Assembly (NCBI RefSeq): GCF_000150275.1
Contig: NW_002060947.1
Location: 7,549,880 to 7,613,879 of the forward strand
DNA from: Trichoplax adhaerens
Lineage: Eukaryota > Animalia > Placozoa
Direction of reading: 5' to 3'
Length of the DNA stretch: 64,000 nucleotides
Position 1 is the stretch's first letter. Every line of letters begins with the position of its first letter. Below the pieces are notes generated by a model that saw nothing but the letters and a program-made list of their open reading frames with translations, had not been told where the DNA came from and ran no database searches. Position numbers and translations under genes: made by a program. This document shows positions 1-11,800 of this stretch, one piece after another.

Positions 1-308
1 TAATGGGCGAAGTTGGAGTGCAATGGGGAAGATCAGCTTGCCTAGCTGATTCGGATGGCGATGGCTTATCCAATGGGGAAGAATTAGGTGATCCTAACTG
101 TGTCTGGTCAGTGGGCGGCAATCCACCTATTCGTACCACCAATATTACCCATCCTGGTATTTGTGAGCCAATTAATTCCAAGGCATGTTGTCAGAAGCAA
201 ACTTGGCTTTACTGCCATGATACCGTATGCAATGGTGCTATCGGCAGTACTACCATCAGTCTTGGACTCATTTTTGCTTCCATGGTCATAGCATTAATCC
301 AATATTAA
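1..308 (+). CDS. Temptin-like protein, 3' part (probably 5'-truncated by the window edge), with a C-terminal hydrophobic tail
   Basis: The ORF reads W...ACLADSDGDGLSNGEELGDPNCVW...THPGICEP...CC...W..C, which matches the temptin-family motif (DSDGDGxxNGxELGDPxCxW...HPG). It ends in GAIGSTTISLGLIFASMVIALIQY with stop TAA at 306-308. No signal peptide is visible, so the ATG at 3 is probably internal. Confidence 0.8.
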   Translation, partial: MGEVGVQWGRSACLADSDGDGLSNGEELGDPNCVWSVGGNPPIRTTNITHPGICEPINSKACCQKQTWLYCHDTVCNGAIGSTTISLGLIFASMVIALIQY

Positions 309-2856
309 ATTACAGATATTATCGTCGTTGTATTGATAACCTAATAGCAATGGACACTGTAAATGTTCCATTTCTTATTGATCGCGCTCTTACATCAACA
401 GCGGATACTATTTATGATTGTCTACGATTTAATCCACCAGTGGTTCTAGTGAAACTTTTTTGGGTGCACTTTTTAAATTAATCAATGTACTGCGCTAATG
501 ATTTCTCGTTCAACCTGCCCCCTCATTAGGGGTGGATGACTCTCGTTTTCTCTAGTCACGTATATTGCAACTTTCGAAGTATTATCTAGTCTACAAGTTG
601 TTTTACAATAGAGGAACTTTTGTTACCCTCCTAGATGAATGTTATTTGACTGACCTTTATCTATCTTTACTAATAGCTATAACCAATCATTTAAGCTAGT
701 CCGTTTATAGAATCTTATTTTTTAATTAACATGAGCATGTTTTATAGATCATAAGATGACTAAAGTTTTCGCTCTGTAACAATAGCTTCGTTGCCACACG
801 GGTCCATTGCTATTGACTCATATTGAACTGAAGCATTCTTGTGCTGTTTTAGCCTGCTTTGTCGATCATATTCACCGGCTGAGTAAGCGTATGTTATGAA
901 TAGATTAGATTAAAAGCGAATAGTAAGGATATATTTAAATAAAACATGAAGAAAAATATTTCTCTTGCGTTCTGTTTGATTAAATTTGAGGGAAGAATGC
1001 ATCGATTGACTCAATTTAGCCAGCGTATCTGTCTGTAATCGCTGTCTTTTCCGAAATAAGTTGCTGCTACTTGCAAACTCCTTCAATTTTATTTGACCAC
1101 CAAATTTTAGTCTGCTAGTGATTGCCTATAATTTAGCTAATATTTCATTCGATAGATCATGACGAGTCATAACGTAAATTCTCCTACTCCACTACTGTAA
1201 AACTTTAAATTTTAAATAAAAATTACAGTACTCCACATTTGTGTCAAGACTTTTTGAATTGAACCGTCCCTTTGCTAGAGATTGAAGTGTTTGCCTAGCA
1301 AACTTTTGTTGCCGTATTGAAATTAGTGCAACTCTTTTCTAGCAACGGCAATATAACATATATAAATAAACTGGTCGCACTTCGAGTTTTTGTTCTGAAA
1401 ATATTATTGGTTCATCCTTTCGTTCCTTAAAGTGAAAAATAATATTACATTTCTATATAAGGTAAAGGATAGAGATTTGATTTTATAAACTATCGAAACC
1501 TATACTTATCTCTTTTGTTCGAAGAAGCTTATTTTACTGTACTTAATGGCTAACTTGATTTGAAAATAGTCCTATCCTACTGCATCTTCATTGAATCGAT
1601 TGTAATTAAACCACCATTAAAGAGATAACTTTGAATAGCGTGATATATCGTTTATGAATAGTTCGTATCATTAGCAAATCGTTAGCTTTCCCTTTATTTT
1701 TAATAGGTGGTTACGGTGGTTACGAAAGGCTCAAAGTTATTACAAATTCAACGCTTGCATAATAAAGCTGTAAGGATTACAGAATAAATTTAAAGTATAG
1801 TTAACAAGAATGAATGATCTAAATTTGCGCAGACTGCTGTTTCATTTCTCTCAATTAAACTATCACAAGCGATATCATCGGTTTGGTCAAGACGATAATA
1901 TATAGGTACGAGTACACTATTTTCACATGTTCGCATTTTCAACTATTTAATTGAGAGCTTGGTAATTGTAATAGGATGGACAGAGGTGTGTGAAGATAAA
2001 TAGACAAGATAAAAATTTGAGTTGAAATCACCAAACTTTATTCATTTTGATACACTCAAACATGTAATTTACCAGAGAAACTTCAATACGCTTTAGTTCA
2101 AGTCGATAGGATATATATTAATCGGTTTATGAAATTCGACTGAACAGTTGAAAAATTATAATTACTATGACAACGATAAGTGTGTATATTAAGTGTTTCA
2201 TGTCGGAAAGTTTACCAGTAACGAAACACTAGTGTATATTCAATTTTTAAATGTTACAGAAATAACTAATAAAATCACGAAAATCTTGCAACAAATTCTC
2301 CTAAACCAATATTTCATAGTAAACGCTTTTTTCGTTAAATTCTACTCGATGCTTGCTTAATTACTGATGAAATACTTTCTTATAATAATATTGTATAGTA
2401 AACTAATAAGAATTACTTCGTTTGCACCGTAATGCAAGCGACAATAAATATCTATTAATCAAGTCAGTAATACTGTAGTCACAATGATGACCTTGTTAGA
2501 AGTAAATTTGTTAAAATATAGTCTGTAAAATCATACTAAGCAGGTTTTTAATGTACTGTATGCACGACTACCTATCTGTAACATTTAATTCTACAAATAA
2601 ATTCGATGAGATGAATTATAAACACTGCAGCCAAATAAACACTTATAAAATTATCATCGCGAACACAGGACACAGCCATTAGTAACATATTCAACAATGC
2701 AAAGAAGTAACTAAATATTGTAATGCTATAAAGACATTCATATACATCAAGTATCGTATTGATCACAAGTTTACATCAACAGGCAGACTACGTTATATTA
2801 ACTTATCGAGATATTGAAAACAGTGACAATAGTCCATGATTAGAAATTTGATACAT

Positions 2857-5800
2857 TTACGAAGTTTTTCCTTGATCCATTTCCATTTCTTCTGATATGA
2901 TTCGAAATGCAGGTTCATCAAGAACAGATTTTGTTCGTAAAGTAGTAGGATGTGTAGGACCAAAAATCTATTTAGATTTTATAATAAATGGAGCTTAATA
3001 AAATTTAGAAAAATTAAATGAAATGAAGAAAAATAAAATTATGATTCATTTCTAATTTCTTATATTATCAAGTACTTCGCAATCAATGTCATATGCTCTC
3101 TTATAGTATTTATAGGATTCTTTCTTATTTCGATATTCAATCACGATTCCCATATTGAATACAATTCGAGCGGTTAACTTATGATATTCGCCGTAGGCTT
3201 GCATGCAAACTTCAAGCGCTTTCTTGTACCACTATATTAGACAAGAACATGTATTAAAAGACTTAAAATCTAGCTTGTAGCATAAAGCATAATACACTAT
3301 GTAAAATCTATCGGCAAGACTTTCTCAATAAAATTTTAAAATTTATGAAAGATACGGCATTACATTCACTAATGGCTTTACGCCATTTGAAATAACAGCA
3401 GCATACGGTAATAATTTCATCATGTACTTGCAATTGCAAGAACAGTAATGGACTATCGAGTGTAATACCTCAGATTGTTGAGGATCAGTGTCATCATAAA
3501 CGAATGTAGCGATATTCTGATACGCTTCAGCCACATGACCGTTATCACCAAGCTTGGGAAAAGAAATTTAGGCATCTTATTAATCCCAACTACGTTATTT
3601 AAGTAAACAATTAATGTCGTAATATTCTTTGTAGTACCTCTTGAAATATTTGCAGCGCATTATGGCAATGCACTTCACACCTGACTCTACTTTCTTGGGA
3701 TAATAATTCCTTATAAGTTCTTCCAACTCGGAAAAAGGCTCCATAGTGGAATGACAACCGAAGTTCGAGTAAGCCTAATTGATACTAAAAAAATATGTCT
3801 ATGTTATCCAGTAGAACACTAAATAAATGTCCTTAATTTAAGTTAGGCGTTGATTTACTCTATTCTCGTTGCCCTTCAAGTTCTTGCGAAGAGAAATAGC
3901 TTTAAGTGCAGTTTGGATCACATTATAATGCTTCTTGGTATCATTCACACTGATAAACTCTGCAAGTTTGCTAACCTAGATCGAGCAAGATATAAAGTAA
4001 AGAATTCTGACATCAAGTTCAATATAAGTATACTTGTCTAGAACTACAGTATGTCCAACCTCGCTTTTAATATCTGTCAACAGCTGGAACAGACATGCCA
4101 TTCTATGTTTTCTTGCTCCAAGCTTGTTTTCTTCTAATTCGATTGCATCAGATAATAATGTCTCTGCATCTTTATATTGACCAGCACAACACCTATGAGT
4201 AGCATAAAAAATTATTATGTATATCAGAATTAACTACAATCGGATACGCGCATAGTTTTGCAAAGTTACTAGTTGGATTTAAAATACTAACAGGAAGCGA
4301 GCAACACGCCATTTCTTGTCAGCTAATTCTTCATCATCAGTATTTGATGTGAGTTGTTGCAGTGATTGAATGTATAGGTTTGAAGCAGTTGCATAACCTC
4401 CAGCCTAAAAAAGGACAAAAATGATTTAATATAAAGTTATGAAACTGACGCGACTTTCGAGAATTTGCCAGCATTAGTAAGTCCTTAACCTTTCGCCACG
4501 ATCGTAACAATTCGATGTTATGTTCATCTGAAGACAACTTTTCAAACACAGGCCATTCCAACAAGCATCTAGCTAGGCGACTATGATCAAGTAATTTTTC
4601 CAGATGATATGGTAATTCCTTTAGTAGTGAAATAAATTTAAAAAATGTTTATTCAATAGAAGTTCAGATATACATCATATAGTAGCTAGCTAGTATCTTC
4701 ACATTAAGAACTAACTATGTATTGATTAAAATAGTATATTTTGTTAAAGCTGTTAAAAAGTTGGGCAAGATCCTTAAGTTATGATCATATTTAGGCTATC
4801 ACTATATCACACTCATAATGGAGAAATAAATTTGCAAGTAGCTAGAAAGTTTGGTTTGTACGATCGCCATAAATTGAACTTACCTCAGCTTTGCGATCAT
4901 GATTCTCAATTTGTTCAAAGTACTCGGCCAATTTGCCATGCCACCATGTATATAAGAATTTCCTGTAGTCTTCCGAACCGGTTTTAAAATATCTACACAA
5001 TAAAATAGAATACACAGTGATAACACGAGTATATGTTAAGGCGAACACCGTGAATCTATTCTCAATTATGATTTGTTCAATAAAGTAAGTAAGGATGAAG
5101 CTGATACATACTTTCTTCTAACAGCTTTACTCATTGCTCGGTGGTAAAAGTCCAATCTTCCTTCACCAGTGTCACCGCACGGGCGGAGGAACGGCTTTAG
5201 TGAACGAAAAACAGCGGCCCATTTTGCAGCAGGGAGTGGTGGGGGTCGCTTTGATCGTGACGATTTTGCTTCATTTTTATCTTCAATATCTGTAATAAAG
5301 ATTATACACCCAGCATTAAGTAAATAACAATACGGAGTAAATCACAAAATTTATTCTATTTCAGATGCAAGAAATGAATCATAAGCAAACCATCTATATC
5401 AAATTCGTCATCAAATTTCTTGTCAAAGTCAGTTTTACGGTAAGTCTCTTCCACGGTAACATGCAGCTTTTTCGATAAATCATTCGCTAATGCAGTATCT
5501 TTATCACTATTTTCCCTTTTCGAAATCTCTTGTGCCGCGTCAGGACCTTTCTCAGTAAAATCTTTTTCACTAGGAGGTCTCAGCGTTTCATCTTCTCCAA
5601 GTAATTCAAGTAACTCTCTTTCTAGTAATCCATGACGCGAACATTCCAGAAAGCACAAGGTTGCAACCATTAAATGTCCACCACTTTCCTCTTCGAAGCG
5701 TGTTAAAACTTGCTCTAATAATCTGAAAGAAATAAAAATGATTATTATAAATACTTTCCATGGTAATAATTTTATTTCCAAGATCGAATTCATATACAAT

Positions 5801-8800
5801 ATTGAAATTAACATTAAATTGAAAATTAAAGAGCCAAATATACAGTATGATGTCCAGACTTACTCTAATAATCCGTCAGCTAGCCCTTTGATCATTTCTG
5901 TTACTTTACTAAATAAACCGAATACCCGCAGTTCTTCACAAGCAATTGACAGCCACAAAGGATTCGCTGACGCTTCTTTAGATAGTAGAGAATCCATTTG
6001 TACGGCGTCTAATCTTTTATTGAATTTCGTTAAAACTTCATCTACAATTTCCTATACATTTTTACATGAATGCAAAGCAATGTTTTATTGTAACCATTGC
6101 AACCATTAATAATTTTTTCAGTTATCTTGCAAATGAATTAGCGAAGCAATAAAAATGGAGGCATAGGAATTCAGTAGGATCAACATACCCTTCTACTATC
6201 TAGATCCAGTGGCCCACATAATACCTCTTTAGGAGGATTTAATCGCCCTGCTAGACTATGGTGACATGGTGTGCCGTTGATTACAGAACAAATGACTCTT
6301 ACATTAGGTGATAATTTAAATGGCATCCAGCTAACTTGCTCAGATTCCTTAGTTTTATCGAGCTATGTAGAAGCAATATTGGACAATTCATTACAGATTG
6401 TTAGTTATAGCATGTCTTGCAAGTACGGCAATCTTATAAAGCATAGACACTATTACATCTTAATATTGCACCTGATTCAAAGCATCGAAGAAAAGAATAG
6501 TAGGTTCAAGTTTAGGATTGCTGAGAGTGATATTTGAAAGGCGTACCAGCGATTCTGTATCAGCAGGAATTTCTCCCTACAAAATAAGTAAAAATTTAAA
6601 ACATAGACCACAACAGCCGGAGAGTGGGGGGTTATTACATGAACCCCTAGCTTCAATTCCAGTACTTTGCGATTACTAGTTCAACAGCGAGTAATGATCA
6701 ACTTACTACATATTTCAATTCCTTCAGCATTCGTTGTAATGTAAAACCGAGGTCAGTAGATCCTGGCGCAGCCCCAATAAAATGATAGAAGACATTCCAA
6801 CCCTTGTTACCACCGCTGTGCGTTAGCAAAGCAATCAAATCATCAATACGTAATAAACGTGCTAACATCGTGTATATCATCAATTGCTAGTATTAGAAAT
6901 GGAGCTAATAAATTAATTCAACGCAAAAGAAAACAATATCGAAGTACTGTGGCATACTAATGGACAGATACTGCATAAGCCTTCTAAGTTTTAAGTATAA
7001 GCTAGAGGAAAACAAACATTAATTAATATTATGCATTGATGGAGGAATCTATAGTACCCAGGTATATCGTAGTTTTGTGCTTTATTTACAGTTGTGGCAG
7101 CACTTCTAGCGATAATTGCACTTTTTCCAGCTCCTGCTACACCAACAACTACCATAGGGACACAAGTGCTTTCCGAACGAATAAAATCTTGGATCTATAT
7201 TGCAACAAGAATAAGATTTCAAAATACTGTAAATATTGACACTGTAAATATCCTTCATGTATTGAATCTCATATCCTAAAAATAAATGTAATCATTTACT
7301 GTATATGCTAATGTATGATACGTATATCCAACAAAGTAATTAATTGATAATGGTTATAGTGGCAAACGTGGTGCACTCAATTTTTTGGAATTATGCTGTT
7401 ACTACTGTCACGTACTTGATCTAAGATTTCATCTCGGCCCAAAACGCTGGAGGAACGAGAATTGAGGAAAGTCTATTAAAAACAAATGTAAGAACTTATA
7501 TTGGCTTGTAAATAGACACAGTATGTTGAAAAGTTATCCATAAAACACAATAATTTTATGGACTAGTACAATTCAATTCTACCGCTTTAGTAGAATATCA
7601 TACCACTTAGAATTCAATTTCTATCGTTGACTTATCAAAGAATTACCATATATAAGTATGATATGCATTAATTATTTAAAACTATTTTTAATTAAGTTAG
7701 AAGTTCAGATTAAATTAACTGAAAGTTAATTTATATGTTAACCCGTCAATTTTACTTTACTTAAAAAAACCAAAAGGACAAACACGCTCATAGCAATACT
7801 TTCTAATTTACAGCTGAAACACTGATCAAATTATGAGTGTTACAAGATACATGTATGAGTATTCGAAACTAATCGTTACCTCGTGTGCTTCACGTATTAC
7901 TTCTAACTGGTCCATAGATGAAGTATCTAGAGGATACTGATGACTTATTCGTGTTTTAAAAAATTCAAGTACCTGAATAAATAATAAACTTACAGTTATT
8001 TACATATACTTGAATAAAATGAATAACTTGGCATTAAGGCTAAACTCAGATCTGGAATGGCTATCATCCGTTGGAGTAATGTTTCCAATTTGATTTACTA
8101 GTATAATTAAGATTACGAGAGAATAATTATATTCCTTATTAGCTAAGATCCGTCTATTGAGTATTATTTTCTTGATAATGTCATTCTTTCTATTTATATT
8201 ATGTAATTCAGCTAATATAAATAAATAGTAATTGGTCCTTGTACGAAACACAGTTTGGAGGCACCTGTTAGTACCTCTTCGCATTCCTTGGTGCTAGGAA
8301 CTAAATCAAATGGGGGCGTTAGCACTAAATTAGTCGGTGTAACAGCTGTAACATCCTCTAAGTCATCAGCATCATTCCCTATTGAACGCCTATTCTGTTA
8401 CTGTTGTGAATATGATATATATAATTTACGATTAATTAACTGCGCAGATTCATGCGAGCATTGGCGAAAATTGAAGTTTTTTTTTTGCGTACTATCGATT
8501 CATTCCACTGCCTTGTACCCACAGAACACAAGGATATGATAATTAGGTCATTTACTAGTAAGCCCATTTGCCTTGAAGGCAGTCAAAATTGCTTTCAAGC
8601 TCTCTATATTTCGGCTGAAATGGTGGCTACCCAATGAAGGACATGGAGACTTTGTGAGAGTCATCATCGTCGACTTTTAGTTCATACTGTATTGCATATG
8701 GTACCGATACAGGGCTTTGAGTTTATACTAAACAAGGGTACTATCCATTACTTTCCATTTTGATAGTACGGCACAGCTATAGGCGTTGAGTACAAGGCCA

Positions 8801-11800
8801 TTTTATTCCATACGTGATAGAGCACAGTAGACTAGCGTATACTTTACAGCAGCATCTTGGCTGATCCTCCCTGATCTTAGCAACATAATAACCGACTCCA
8901 GCTAAGGTTGATCAGCTCCTTCCTTATTAATTATTTTTCCACAATGGAGAAATAAATTGGATAGACGAGAAATAAAAGATTCTCATATCGCAGTGGTGTT
9001 TACAAGTGAAAGTAGAAGTTCGTCTTTAATACTTTACCGTTAAGTATACCGTTCGTAATCGATAATACTAAATGAGACTAATAAATAAGTAATACAATCG
9101 AAGTAGGGCTCATTGGAATGACTATTCTGATCCAAAATTGATGATGATCACAATATGGATAAGTGTTAACCAAAAGCACTTCCAGCTTGTCAATATGGAC
9201 GTAATAGCTAATTGCTTGTGACGTGAAGTGAAGTGATTAAACTCATTTCTTGTACGAATTCTTTATTTAAATCAACTTGTCTAGTTTTTGTATGTTACAG
9301 CCTCAGATATAGTAGAGATTACTATTTATAACTCGTATAGTTAATAGCTATCGCGTACGAATAAAGAATGATAACAACTTGATCGACTTGACTGAAATGA
9401 ATTAAGAAGGAGATACTACGCAAAGTATAAAGAGCGAGGGATATACTAGTTATACTCAAATTAAGCTGTCGATTATTAGAAGATTGTAAGATCATATCGA
9501 CTGATGCTGCGCTATGAACGATAAAAAAGTTTGGAAATAAAGCGTAAAAGCTAATTGTAATAGGGTTTCAACATTATTGTACTATTAGATAAAATCGAAA
9601 TTGGATTGATCTGTAATGCTAATCAAATGAATCAAACTTGCTTGGCAGAATCATTGTTAAGAAAAGAAAACAAGCAATTACTCGATAGTTAGGTTAATGG
9701 TGTGATTATGATAACCAAACAAAAAAGGCTTTCGACTATTCTTGGCCTTGTAGTTCACATCCTGTTAAATGATTAAGTATTCTAATTTTGAACTCAGTAG
9801 CAATAATAACTTACAATGAGTTAGCGTAGACTTGGCGGTGAACAAGTAGCTATCTTAGAGAAATTTTCTACATTACGTGTCAATTGATGTTAAAACTTTT
9901 TTTTATGATTGTATCGCAACGATAGATCGATAAACCTCGTTATACGCCTAAATAAATTGTTCAAGTATTTGAATAGTTCGATGTCAAGTTCTAGCGAAGA
10001 CAGTAAAATCAGGACAACAACAGCGAGAGTTATTCAATGAAACTACTAAGGCATAATCTGGTGAAGCTAGCCGCAATGATATAAAGATAACCTATTAACA
10101 GAGTTTAATTATATATAATCATAGGAAATATTGAACAAAGTAGCGACTTATTTTCAGAGGTTGTACAATAATGACGTAACTGTTGGAACTTTCCGCAAGC
10201 GTATAGAAAAGCTTAGTGATGCATAACTACAGTAAAGTCAATCGGCCAAGATCGATCAATCATGGTGTAAAATGGCTCAATTGAAATGCTTGTAGTGTAA
10301 GTGTATGATTGCTTATAAAACTGTATTATGGGCAGTGGGAGACACTGGCTAGCTTTACAACACAGCTATAAAAGTGGATTCGATCGATTGAGATTCATCA
10401 ACAGTAAATCATATCCTTCCTTACAGTTATATACCAGGCAAAATGAAATAACAAGCTAGTTAAGGAAATATTACGAAATGAAATTATGATATAACTTACG
10501 CTTTTAACAAAGATAGAGTCTGCTCCTAGGCCTTTAACACGGACAGTATTTGATGCAGCATCAATACCATTGTATTGGCAGGTGTAAGTTACCACTCGCG
10601 ATTCCTATATTGAATTAAAATCCCATTGCAATTAAAACGTATGTTTGCCTAAATAGACGTAGAAAAATTTAGCAAATTTATGAAACACTGAATAAAAAAG
10701 AGAGTAAAATGGTTGTCTATGGACGATATTAAAGAGTTAAATGAGACACAAATTGATGAAATTAGTAGTATTTATATGTATTTGCTAAATGGAAGTAGCA
10801 TATAGGATAATAATTGATTCAACACTTGTTATAACCGCGTTTAGAGTAGAGAATATTGCAATCAATGTTGTGATTTTACGCCATAGGACAAATGGTTAAT
10901 CATTCTTGAAATGATAGCAATCATAAAAATGAATAAAAAGTATGAAGCAAAGGTTATGCTCGATGAGTCTAAGGAAATAGCCATACGAGCTATTGCCGAT
11001 GAAGTTTTCATTTGTGGTGGAGTAAAAGGCAGTAAGTACTGACTAAAAGTTTGGATGCAAGCAGGAATTGTTGATGATGATGGAAAGGATAAACAAGCAC
11101 CAAAATACTCAATAATTTCATGTTGTGACTTTTTATCTATAATTTCTTATAAGTGATTACACTTTGAATGGTTCAATTAACAGTCCAAGCACATTATTCG
11201 GCAACTTTCATCCACCTTACTCTTCTTTACTGCTCGTTAGGTAAGCAGATTTATTGATTTTTGTTTAATGTGACCGATCGGTAGTTCTACCAGCCCCCGC
11301 CCCCAACCATCTCCTGTATACTTTTAGCAAAACGATTCTTTCGTCGTCAAGGCAGTATGATTTGAGGAAGAGAATTGTTGCTATTACCAATGCATTTTCA
11401 AGCTAGCAGTAAAGTTGACGTTGTTTTCCTATTACAGTAGATGCTGTAAGATCCAGTGTTGAATTACTATTCCATCCATACCTCAAGATCGATCAATGTG
11501 ATAATACAACGCAAAGAATGTCAAAAGGGGAAGTGGCTTTGATTTGGAAAGTTGAATCAAAAAATGAGGACAACTACGATTGTCAGGCAAAAAATAAGCC
11601 AAAATGAACATCATAACAACAGCAGGACTATCAGATTAGTATTACTAGGACTACCAATAATCATAGCATAGAATTCATCATTTAAATCTACCGAGATGTG
11701 GATCGTATAAGCAGGAAGAAAGATGCGCTGAAGAATTCAAGTTTGTTGTTTTGAAAATGAACATGGGAATCCTGCACGAGTCAAGGACAGCAAAAGCATC

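Noticed and set aside
8480-8910. RNase H-like words on the minus strand (AGVGYY ... REL/KAILTAF ... ILVF)
   Set aside because: They require a frameshift and stop read-through, the motif spacing is far too long and the catalytic Asp residues are missing.
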